DNA of 54,415 nt from positions 1 to 54,415 of the IMG/VR virus record IMGVR_UViG_3300038455_000034; one strand, 5' to 3'. Each line of letters begins with the position of its first letter. The stretch's first letter is position 1. This DNA comes from a virus. The notes beneath the pieces were generated by a model. That model was not told the origin of the DNA, searched no databases, and saw only the letters and a program-made list of their open reading frames with translations. Below are positions 30,243 to 38,059 of the stretch, piece after piece. The position numbers were made by a program, and so were the translations under genes.

Positions 30243-30743
30243 ATGCGAACGATAGTCCTCACGAAGGGGAAGGTTGCCATCGTCGACGCCGAGGACTACG
30301 CCACCTTGCGCGGTTTCAAGTGGTATGCTCTGTTCCGCGATGGTAGCTGGCACGCGGCCCGGACGGTGAAGCGCAACGGAGAGAAGCGAACCGTCTACAT
30401 GCACAGGCAGATCATGGGGGAACCTGAAGGGATGCTTGTAGACCATCGCAACAGAGACGGGCTCGACAACAGGCGAGAGAACCTGCGCGTCTGCACGAAG
30501 AGGCAGAACGCGTGGAATGGACACAGAAGGATTCGGAACAAGACGAGTAGGTTCAAGGGCGTGTGTCGCCAGTGCGGCCGAGTTGGAGCGACGGGGAGGC
30601 CATGGAGGGCCACGATCACCGTAGCGGGACGGCAGAAGTATCTCGGATGGTTCAAGACTCAAGCCGACGCCGCACGCGCCTATGATGATGCTGCCGTGTT
30701 TCACTTTGGCGAATTCGCGCGCACCAACTTCCAGAGGAGATGA
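30243..30743 (+). CDS. HNH endonuclease with AP2 DNA-binding domain (homing-endonuclease type)
   Basis: ..VDHRNRDGLDNRRENLRVCTKRQN.. is HNH_3-like, and ..SRFKGV....WRATI...GRQKYLGWFKTQADAARAYDDAA.. is AP2. Confidence 0.85.
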   Translation: MRTIVLTKGKVAIVDAEDYATLRGFKWYALFRDGSWHAARTVKRNGEKRTVYMHRQIMGEPEGMLVDHRNRDGLDNRRENLRVCTKRQNAWNGHRRIRNKTSRFKGVCRQCGRVGATGRPWRATITVAGRQKYLGWFKTQADAARAYDDAAVFHFGEFARTNFQRR

Positions 30744-30746
30744 CCA

Positions 30747-31787
30747 ATGACGACGAGCAGAACTTTCACAAGCAGTCCGGCGGTAAGGGCAAGAGTGCCA
30801 TTGATCATCGGCCTGTCTGGCCCAAGCGGATCTGGAAAGACCTATTCCGCGCTGGAGCTGGCTACCGGGATCCAGTCCGTCACGGGCGGAGACATTCATG
30901 TCGTAGACACCGAGAGCAAGCGGGCTCTCCACTATGCTGACTATTTCAAGTTCATCCATACTCCGTTCGCGCCACCGTTCGGCCCGCTGGACTACATGGC
31001 AGCGTTTCAGCATTGCATCTCGAAGGGAGCCAAGATCATCATCGCCGACTCGATGACCCTGGAACACGACGGCGAGGGCGGGGTGTTGGATCAGATTGAA
31101 GCTTTTCTGACGGCCAAGGCGGGGGACGACTGGGAGAAGCGCAATCGGTTCCTAATGCTCGCCAACGCGAAGCCGAAGGCGGAGCGCAAGAAGCTCAACC
31201 AGTACATCGTGCAGAACGGTGACGTGGTGTGGATCCTGTGCTACCGCGCGCAGGACAAGACCAAGCCACTCAAGAGGGGCCAGACGTCGCCAGACGGAGA
31301 GAAGATCCTTCACCTTGGGTGGCAACCAATCACGACTTCGCCCTTGGTCTTCGAGATGACGGCAAGGTTCCTTCTCGGCCCGTGTTCCGAGGGGCACCCG
31401 ACCCTGAATCCAGGCGAGGAGGCCGAGAAGATGATGATCAAGAATCCTCGGCAGTTTGCTGGGTGGGTGGAGCCCGACCAGCAACTGAGCCGAGACCTGG
31501 GTGCCAAGATGGCCAAGTGGGCCGCCGGGGACGCATCGGCGCAACCGACGGACGCGAAGCCTGCCAAGAAGCGCGACCCCGTTGCCGGCCTGATGACAAT
31601 CCTCGGGCTCGGCCAGTGGCCAAACGCTGAGGCGCGCATCCTTTCCTCGCTCGGCAAGAATCACCGCAGCGAGCTAGATGAGACCGACATCGACAAGCTC
31701 ACGGCGACCTACAAGTCCGTGAAGAAAGACGCCGCGGAATTCGACCGGCTTTGCCCACCGCTGCCAGCAGGAGGCAGCCACGGCTAG
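30747..31787 (+). CDS. Sak4-like / AAA_24-type recombination ATPase
   Basis: Walker A GLSGPSGSGKT, then ..KIIIADSMT.. (Walker B-like). It is adjacent to the exonuclease. Confidence 0.7.
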   Translation: MTTSRTFTSSPAVRARVPLIIGLSGPSGSGKTYSALELATGIQSVTGGDIHVVDTESKRALHYADYFKFIHTPFAPPFGPLDYMAAFQHCISKGAKIIIADSMTLEHDGEGGVLDQIEAFLTAKAGDDWEKRNRFLMLANAKPKAERKKLNQYIVQNGDVVWILCYRAQDKTKPLKRGQTSPDGEKILHLGWQPITTSPLVFEMTARFLLGPCSEGHPTLNPGEEAEKMMIKNPRQFAGWVEPDQQLSRDLGAKMAKWAAGDASAQPTDAKPAKKRDPVAGLMTILGLGQWPNAEARILSSLGKNHRSELDETDIDKLTATYKSVKKDAAEFDRLCPPLPAGGSHG

Positions 31788-31847
31788 TTTCCAGCGCGGC
31801 CCGGCGGTTGCCGGCACCGTGTACCACTTGAGAAAGGACCCCAACAA

Positions 31848-32147
31848 ATGAACCCGATAGTAGAATACGAAATGAGCGACGATGACCTGCGCGAGCTACA
31901 GGAGAACGCCAACCGAGCGTGGGCGGCACTTGGCCACAAGATGGGCTTCCAGCCAATGACCGTGCGTCTTTGCAATGGAAAGGGGGAGAAGTTCTTCACC
32001 GCAGTTCCGAGCGAGACGGAGGAACAGCGCAAAGAGCGAATGGACCGGGAAGTGGCCGAGAAGAAAGCGGCGGCCATTCGCTCTTTTTTGGAGAAGCGGC
32101 GCGCGTTGGAACAACTGCATCTCGAATTGAAGGAGCTGGAGGGTTAG
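31848..32147 (+). CDS. Hypothetical protein (99 aa)
   Basis: Track ORF with RBS gaaagga. Confidence 0.6.
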   Translation: MNPIVEYEMSDDDLRELQENANRAWAALGHKMGFQPMTVRLCNGKGEKFFTAVPSETEEQRKERMDREVAEKKAAAIRSFLEKRRALEQLHLELKELEG

Positions 32148-32217
32148 CACCACGGCCAGCCGGAACCGTGTACCCCCGGCGCTGCGCTCTTGGCGTAGAC
32201 GCGGCGCCTGGCAACTT

Positions 32218-32257
32218 TTCGAGAGACAACTGAAAGATTCGAGAGACAACTGGAAGA
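32218..32257. repeat. 2 x 20-bp tandem direct repeat ttcgagagacaactg[a/g]aaga just upstream of gene 32269
   Basis: Read directly, 19/20 identical. Confidence 0.9.
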
Positions 32258-32268
32258 AAGGACCGAAG

Positions 32269-32619
32269 ATGATCGACGTAGACAGTCTCACAATTGGACA
32301 ACTCAAGGAGCTTCGTGCGCTCCTTGGCGGCGACTCCGCCACAACCCAGCCACCGCACCCTTACGAGATCGGCAAGGTGCACTTCATCCGCACCGTAACC
32401 CACCACTTTACAGGAAAGCTCGTGGCCGTGTTCCCGCAGGAGCTGGTCTTCGAGGACGTGGCGTGGATTGCCGACGATGGGCGGCTCGCCACCGCGCTCG
32501 TGAAAGGCGAGTTCAACGAGGTCGAGCCGTACCCGGACGGGCGAAGAGTGGTCATCGGTCGCGGTTCGCTCATTGACGCCCACGCCGTCGAATGGGTGGC
32601 GCCAAGGTCGCAGCGATGA
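32269..32619 (+). CDS. Conserved phage protein of unknown function (116 aa)
   Basis: Track ORF with RBS gaaagga. Confidence 0.65.
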   Translation: MIDVDSLTIGQLKELRALLGGDSATTQPPHPYEIGKVHFIRTVTHHFTGKLVAVFPQELVFEDVAWIADDGRLATALVKGEFNEVEPYPDGRRVVIGRGSLIDAHAVEWVAPRSQR

Positions 32620-32822
32620 ACGCGGCGATCCTGTTTTCCGGGTGGTCGGGGTTGGGGTCGGGGTCGCGGTCGCGGTCGCGGTCGGGGTCGCGGTCGGGGT
32701 CGGGGTTGGGGTCGCGGTCGGAGTCGGGGTCGCGGTCGGGGTCGTGGTCGGGGTCGTGGTCGGGGTCGTGGTCGCGGTCGCGGTCGCGGTCGTGGTCGCG
32801 GTCGCGGTCGCGGTCGGGCTAA
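32616..32822 (+). CDS. Candidate 68-aa Ser-Arg/Ser-Gly/Ser-Trp dipeptide-repeat protein (tentative)
   Basis: ATG 32616 forms an ATGA overlap with the upstream stop. All repeat codons are TCG/CGG/GGG/TGG. Stop TAA is at 32820-32822, with a hairpin 13 nt downstream. A second frame (Gly-Val/Ala-Val) is also open. Confidence 0.3.
   Translation: MNAAILFSGWSGLGSGSRSRSRSGSRSGSGLGSRSESGSRSGSWSGSWSGSWSRSRSRSWSRSRSRSG
32644..32817. repeat. 29 x hexanucleotide GGTCGN microsatellite, G-rich on the + strand
   Basis: Counted directly. The units are ggtcgg/ggtcgc/ggtcgt/ggttgg/agtcgg. Confidence 0.95.
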
Positions 32823-32834
32823 AGAGATCACGCA

Positions 32835-32855
32835 AGCGCATCCTGGCGATGCGCT
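32835..32855 (+). terminator. Hairpin agcgcatc-ctggc-gatgcgct (no U-tract)
   Basis: An 8-bp perfect stem directly after the repeat tract. Confidence 0.3.
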
Positions 32856-33071
32856 GTTAACAGACAGATTCCACGGCCAGCCGGAGGCCGTCGACACCGG
32901 CAGAGCGCGCGACTCAACAATCTCTCGCGCGTCTGGGCAGCAGCCACCTAAAATGGTGAAGCTCTTCGGTGTGACGCCGAGCCTGCCCGCAAGCCACCGC
33001 CGCTGCAGCCTCCTTTGGTCAGGAGTCGTCATGGTCCCGGCGGCGGTGGCCCTAATTTGAGAAAGGACAAC

Positions 33072-34370
33072 ATGGACAATTCACAGGACAAGAAACCCGC
33101 AACCACCGACGCCCACACGGGGAGCGGAGGACAGGCTACTGACGAAATCGACTGGGCAGATGACTACCTCCGCGATCTGTGGGAGGTCGCTGCCAAGGCC
33201 GTCACTAATGTAGACCCTGCCTACTGTATGACGCCCGGAGGTGTAAAGGCGGCTGTGCGGGCGGTGCTTGGCGCGATGGGAGCGCCGCGGGGAACGGAGG
33301 CGCCCAGGTCGGAGGCGAGAGACCTTGAGAGCCTGACCAATATCATCGACTGGCTTCGATTGCGCGAGCCATCCGTGGTAACCTCCAGCACTGAGATTGC
33401 CAAAGCCGCTCTCGCCTATGTCGGAGGCGAGCTGGCCCGGGTGCGAAGGGAACTGGCGACCGCTGAGGCCGCTTTGGTGGCATCGGCCAAGGCAACTTCG
33501 GAGCGGCTTGAAAAGGCAGAGACGACGGTAGACAGCCAGGCCGACCAGCTCGCCGCTCTCAAGGCTGACCTCGCCGCCTCCCGCACCGAACGTGACTCTG
33601 CTCGGGACGAGCTTGGCAAGGTGCTCGGATTGCGCGCTGTGGACTTCGCCCACGGTGAGACCGTGCGAATCGCTGAGATGAAAGCCGCGGAGCATGCGAT
33701 GTACTCGACCATCCTGGAAAAAAACACCGAACGCGCGATGAAGGAAGGCTGCCAGAAGCAACTGCGCGACATCGCGGACGCACTCGGCCCCACAGACGGA
33801 AAGCTCGACGACGAAGACGAGGACAACAGCACGTCTGCCAGGATAATTCGCTACTTGGAGGGACTGCGACAGCAGCTCGCCGAAGCCCGCAAGCCGGTGC
33901 AACGTCTCGACGAGGTCGCTGCCCTCCAAGACAACTGGGACAGCTATGGCGGCAAGGCGCCAACGGCAGAGGCGGTCGCGACGGCGCGGCAGATTCTGCA
34001 GTCCACTGCGGCGCCTGTCAGTGGTGGAGGTGTGCAGCTCGACTGGGACAATGGTGACTGTGATATCGAAATCGGGGCTGACGGCAAGATAATCGTCGAG
34101 CCGGCGGAGCCGTTGAGTGACAAGGAAATACTCGCCGTCATTGCCAGTTGGTTCAACCTTGTTAGGCCTCCCGGGATGAGCAATCACGAGCACTTGGTCA
34201 AAGTGGCAGCCGAAGCCCAGCGGCAAAAGGGGGCGAGCCTCGACGTCCCAACAACCGAATTCGTCCGCGCCGTCCGGGCTGCCGTACGCGAGTCGACTGC
34301 GCTAGACGAGCTGGACAAGCGGGTACGCGCTGCCATCGAAATGCTCGATAAAGCGCAGGTGCGGACGTGA
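33072..34370 (+). CDS. Coiled-coil protein of unknown function (432 aa)
   Basis: ATG 33072 follows gagaaagga. It has a long helical middle and a C-terminal ..NWDSYGGKAPTAEAV.. domain. Confidence 0.65.
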   Translation: MDNSQDKKPATTDAHTGSGGQATDEIDWADDYLRDLWEVAAKAVTNVDPAYCMTPGGVKAAVRAVLGAMGAPRGTEAPRSEARDLESLTNIIDWLRLREPSVVTSSTEIAKAALAYVGGELARVRRELATAEAALVASAKATSERLEKAETTVDSQADQLAALKADLAASRTERDSARDELGKVLGLRAVDFAHGETVRIAEMKAAEHAMYSTILEKNTERAMKEGCQKQLRDIADALGPTDGKLDDEDEDNSTSARIIRYLEGLRQQLAEARKPVQRLDEVAALQDNWDSYGGKAPTAEAVATARQILQSTAAPVSGGGVQLDWDNGDCDIEIGADGKIIVEPAEPLSDKEILAVIASWFNLVRPPGMSNHEHLVKVAAEAQRQKGASLDVPTTEFVRAVRAAVRESTALDELDKRVRAAIEMLDKAQVRT

Positions 34371-34377
34371 AGGAGCG
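34357..34377. repeat. 21-bp direct repeat, copy 1 (aggtgcggacgtgaaggagcg)
   Basis: Identical to 35849-35869. It spans a stop/start junction. Confidence 0.95.
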
Positions 34378-35290
34378 GATACCCGACGGAAGCCTGCGGG
34401 GTAGCGTCGAGGTAAATGCAAATGAGTCCTCTGTATGGTCAGACACCGTCGGGATAGCCAAGTTGGCATCAGCAGCACTGAAAGTACCTTTATATCTTCG
34501 CGATGACGCCGAAGCAGAGGCGCTGGCCGCATTGGTGGACGCGTATCAACGATTTGATCCAACGAAAGCATCCTGGACAACCTACGCTTTGCCTCGTGCG
34601 CGCGGGGCAATATTGGATTTTCTCCGTCGCTGGAATCCATTAAGCCGTGGCATGCGCGCCAAAGTCAAGACGGGTCAAATACACGATGTGGTTAGAGTGA
34701 GCGCCGATACCAAGGACCGCTACGGACGCTCCATTCTCGATCAGATCCCTGCCATTGAGGCATCTGAAAAGGACATAATTCATGCCGTGGATAGTGTGAA
34801 ACGAATTTCCTTGCTACCCATGCGTTTACGCAAGGTTATCAAAGCGCGTTTACATGGCAGTAGCATCGCTGAGATTGCCAAGAGCGAGAAGATCCATGTT
34901 ACACGAGTTTCACAACTCATTGGTGAGGCGCTCCATTGGATAAGCGAACTTGACAAATTGAGCCACCATCCCCGCAATATATACGCCGCACGTTGGCGTT
35001 TAAAGATATTGATTGGGCGAGGCCGACGTAAATGCCAGATATGTGGGCAGCCAGTGGGAATAAGCGAGCGCCAAGGCCCCATTTGGTCATGCTCAGATAA
35101 GTGTCGGCGCCGACGCAAACTGGAACGCGACGCCGCCAATAGGCGCGAGCATGCCATCTGCACACAGTGTCGGTACTGTGGGCGTCCATGTGAAACAGGT
35201 AACATCTGCTATGCCCATCGCAAGCGATTGTTAAGAAGTACTGACATGACGGCGGATATTCGCAGTCGCAGTCAAAGGGGCTCGACATGA
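34367..35290 (+). CDS. Sigma-70-family (ECF-sized) sigma factor with a Cys-rich C-terminal extension
   Basis: Region-2-like ..DAYQRFDPTKASWTTYALPRARGAILDFLRR.. and region-4-like ..LRKVIKARLHGSSIAEIAKSEKIHVTRVSQLIGEAL.., followed by several CxxC pairs. Confidence 0.75.
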   Translation: MKERIPDGSLRGSVEVNANESSVWSDTVGIAKLASAALKVPLYLRDDAEAEALAALVDAYQRFDPTKASWTTYALPRARGAILDFLRRWNPLSRGMRAKVKTGQIHDVVRVSADTKDRYGRSILDQIPAIEASEKDIIHAVDSVKRISLLPMRLRKVIKARLHGSSIAEIAKSEKIHVTRVSQLIGEALHWISELDKLSHHPRNIYAARWRLKILIGRGRRKCQICGQPVGISERQGPIWSCSDKCRRRRKLERDAANRREHAICTQCRYCGRPCETGNICYAHRKRLLRSTDMTADIRSRSQRGST

Positions 35291-35862
35291 AACGCGGCGA
35301 TCGCATACAATACACAGCGCGGTTTTTGCGAACTGTCTACGGAGATGGCAGTGGAACCGGTGGTCTGTTGGCACCGCCCGAGAGCACCACGCGAACCGGA
35401 ACCTTCTATGCCTTACTGCCGACTCATGATGGTACTTTTCCAACGCACGCGGTGATCCGTTGGGATGGAAATCCGAGGGCGGGGTTTATCCACTTAAGTG
35501 CGATTGCCCCACTCGGACACAGTAGACTTAATGAGATAGATGACATGCCAGATGCTATAGCGTTGGGGTTGTTATCGACAATAGATGCCATACCTAAACA
35601 GACAACATTGGAACGCAGAGGCCCCAGCTTTCAGCCTTATATATGCAGAATAGACGGCATACAAATGACGGCGTGTCACGGATGTTTCCTGGCCATGAGA
35701 CGGAAAGCGCTAGATGTCCATCCCGAACGATGGTCTGACGACGACATCAAAGATGGTGGGGCAAACCGGAAGACTAGGATTGAGAGGCGTTTTACGGAGA
35801 CGTCTACTATGGCTCAAACATGTCAAAGATGCCAACCACAGAATGGAAAGGTGCGGACGTGA
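35287..35862 (+). CDS. Hypothetical protein (191 aa), partner of the sigma factor
   Basis: ATGA overlap with the sigma gene. Confidence 0.6.
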   Translation: MKRGDRIQYTARFLRTVYGDGSGTGGLLAPPESTTRTGTFYALLPTHDGTFPTHAVIRWDGNPRAGFIHLSAIAPLGHSRLNEIDDMPDAIALGLLSTIDAIPKQTTLERRGPSFQPYICRIDGIQMTACHGCFLAMRRKALDVHPERWSDDDIKDGGANRKTRIERRFTETSTMAQTCQRCQPQNGKVRT

Positions 35863-35869
35863 AGGAGCG
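35849..35869. repeat. 21-bp direct repeat, copy 2
   Basis: Identical to 34357-34377. Confidence 0.95.
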
Positions 35870-36068
35870 TGAGCTTCGCGCCCTACTGGCCGAAGGAGTC
35901 GCCATGATGGAAGCAACGTATGGAGACACCGAGAAGATGTGTGCCGAACTTGAGCGCTCCGGCAACGCGACCACGCTCGACGATGGATCAGTCAGCTACG
36001 GTCAGCCATGGAATTGGCTGCGCAAGGCGAAGATGGAATGCGAACTGAAGCAGGCGAGGAAGCCATGA
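35859..36068 (+). CDS. Hypothetical protein (69 aa from GTG 35859; alternative ATG 35820/35829)
   Basis: The GTGA overlap has the same junction sequence as the sigma gene start. Confidence 0.5.
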   Translation: MKERELRALLAEGVAMMEATYGDTEKMCAELERSGNATTLDDGSVSYGQPWNWLRKAKMECELKQARKP

Positions 36069-36412
36069 AGAAACCCAGCGAGCCAAGCGTCGACGTCGCC
36101 AAGCTGCCGTTTCGGTCTCGGAATGAATGGCTGTGGCGGTGGGTGTGGAAAGTCGACGTCGGCTCCAGCACGCTCCACAGATTGGTCGGACCAGTGGACA
36201 TTAATTGCGACGCAGGCATAGCAACCGGGACCGCAGGCTGCGGCCTTAAAGGCTCGTTCGAGATGCCAGGTGGCGGCCTCGCACAGGGCGCCCGTCGCTG
36301 TCCTCAGTGCTGCGATGCCGTTGGCGTGGCCCGCGGTCGAGGCGCGCCGTTCAACCACGGGGAGAACGAGCCCGGCTGCCAGGGGCCGGCGAAGGAGAAA
36401 GGGAAGCCATGA
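36065..36412 (+). CDS. Hypothetical Cys-containing protein (115 aa)
   Basis: ATGA overlap (ggaagccATGA). Confidence 0.55.
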   Translation: MKKPSEPSVDVAKLPFRSRNEWLWRWVWKVDVGSSTLHRLVGPVDINCDAGIATGTAGCGLKGSFEMPGGGLAQGARRCPQCCDAVGVARGRGAPFNHGENEPGCQGPAKEKGKP

Positions 36413-36687
36413 TTCCCGACACCCTCACGAAAGAGCAGCTCCACACCCTGCAACACTCGCTCGGCGTCGACCAATACGGCCGAGGAAACCACTACCGCAA
36501 CCGCTACGTGTGTGACCCTGGCGACTCGGTGATCGATTCTCTGGTGGCGGCTGGTCTAATGGTAGACGCGAGCGCGCCTTCATTCTGCGGCGGTATGCAC
36601 TGCTACATGGTCACCGACGATGGCAAGCGCGCGATGTTCAAGCATAGCCCGCAACCGCCGAAGCTGACCAGGTCGCAGAAGCGGTGA
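36409..36687 (+). CDS. Hypothetical protein (92 aa)
   Basis: ATGA overlap (ggaagccATGA). Sequence is protein-like. Confidence 0.6.
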   Translation: MIPDTLTKEQLHTLQHSLGVDQYGRGNHYRNRYVCDPGDSVIDSLVAAGLMVDASAPSFCGGMHCYMVTDDGKRAMFKHSPQPPKLTRSQKR

Positions 36688-36717
36688 AATAGATTCGTAG
36701 AGTCGGGAGCCAAGGAG

Positions 36718-37204
36718 GTTGGTTGCATGCTTATCCGGTTCACACACTCTACAAAGTTGATAGGATTTGAAAATGTCTCAATGGACAAAAAAAGACATTA
36801 AAATTATGTGCAATGCTCTCAGTAGCTTCTGGCTAGTTAACCGTCCACTGAGCTATCGGCATGACGAATGGGAGAGGGCCAAGAATATGGTCATCGCTCA
36901 CTTGGACCAACATAGAGCCGAGATCGTCATTTCCGGCGTCGCCCAACTAGCCAGCATAGCAAGCGACCGTGTTCAAAAGAATCAAGAAACAGCCGACCAT
37001 TTTCTGAACCATCCAAACATCTACGGATCTAGCACCCCAGAAATGGTCGAGCGATTTACCTCGTTAGCCCGAGAGTCGCAACGAGACGTTGACAAGGCAG
37101 CGATCCTCGTAGCGAAGATCCAAGCGGAAGGGCTACCTCCAGAAGTGATCAACTTCAATCCCACAATCAATTAGGTGTGTCAACCGGATAAGCATGGTTG
37201 GTTG
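36718..37204. mobile_element. Candidate miniature insertion: 471-bp low-GC cassette with 22-bp terminal inverted repeats and an 8-bp flanking direct duplication
   Basis: TIR-L 36726-36747 catgcttatccggttcacacac is the reverse complement of TIR-R 37175-37196 at 21/22. gttggttg occurs at 36718-36725 and again at 37197-37204. Confidence 0.45.
36773..37174 (+). CDS. Hypothetical protein (133 aa), passenger of the TIR-bounded cassette
   Basis: ATG 36773 (track start TTG 36767). Visibly AT-richer codon usage than the neighbours. Confidence 0.6.
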   Translation: MSQWTKKDIKIMCNALSSFWLVNRPLSYRHDEWERAKNMVIAHLDQHRAEIVISGVAQLASIASDRVQKNQETADHFLNHPNIYGSSTPEMVERFTSLARESQRDVDKAAILVAKIQAEGLPPEVINFNPTIN

Positions 37205-37452
37205 GAGCTTTCTCGAGTGGCTGAAGACAGACGAGGGTAGAAAGTGACCCCCGCCCTCTCCACCTGCGCCGGCGGCATCCCGAGCGATGCGCACCTGTGC
37301 CCGTGCTGCAAACTGCGGTCAAGGTATTCGAGCGCGGTTTGGTTTGCCACCTGTTCACCGTGCGCTCGCGTGACGCTCCTGACATCGATACCGAGGCTGG
37401 TCATGGTGCGCACCATCCGCCACTTCCGCGATCTGGGCAAAGGCGGGTGACT

Positions 37453-37647
37453 ATGAAGCTGTCAAAAGCGGACGCGAAACTGGTAGCCGAGGCGGTCACG
37501 ATGGTGAGAGAGGCGCAGCTTCAGGGCAACAAGCGTATCACCCTCGACACTCCGACGGGATGGAGCATGACAGACGACGACTGGGAAGCCGCCGTGGTGG
37601 CTCATCTCGCTCGAAGCGGAAAGATTAGCCGCAAATACGAACAGTGA
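37453..37647 (+). CDS. Hypothetical protein (64 aa)
   Basis: Internal ATG of ORF 37297..37647. The upstream part of that ORF is Arg/Pro junk. Confidence 0.5.
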   Translation: MKLSKADAKLVAEAVTMVREAQLQGNKRITLDTPTGWSMTDDDWEAAVVAHLARSGKISRKYEQ

Positions 37648-37699
37648 CCGGCGGCTCAAGGGGCGGAACCTAAACGCAGTCCAAGGAGGAAAGAGAATC

Positions 37700-38059
37700 A
37701 TGAGCATCCATGGATATTGGATCGATCACGATAACTACCCATTCGATGAGCATCGCGAGCAGGGTCGCGAGGATGCCCGCTATGATAGGCAACGCGACTA
37801 CGACCTCGCGGACCAATTTTCGGAGCGCGGGCGCGCCTACAATGAGGGATTCGACCGCGAGGTGCGACGCAAGGAAGAGGAACGTGCCGAGCGGTACCGC
37901 GAAGAAGAACGGCAAGCCGAGGCGGCTTCCCGACGGCATCGCGAGCAGTTTGCCGAGGACGACGCCTATCAGGAACAGTTCGCTGGCGAGCAGTATCCCC
38001 AACAGCCTGACTGCGAACCCGAGTCCCAGCCGGGCGGGCCACTGGACGAGGAGCGGTGA
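37700..38059 (+). CDS. Highly charged (Glu/Arg/Asp-rich) protein (119 aa)
   Basis: Strong RBS aaggagg. Confidence 0.6.
   Translation: MSIHGYWIDHDNYPFDEHREQGREDARYDRQRDYDLADQFSERGRAYNEGFDREVRRKEEERAERYREEERQAEAASRRHREQFAEDDAYQEQFAGEQYPQQPDCEPESQPGGPLDEER

Noticed and set aside
31996-33032. Minus-strand ORFs of 281 and 223 aa (TATATP.. and PRPRPR..) spanning the GGTCGN tract
   Set aside because: They run antisense through well-supported + strand genes (32269..32619 and 31848..32147), and outside the repeat they are Arg/Pro-rich junk.
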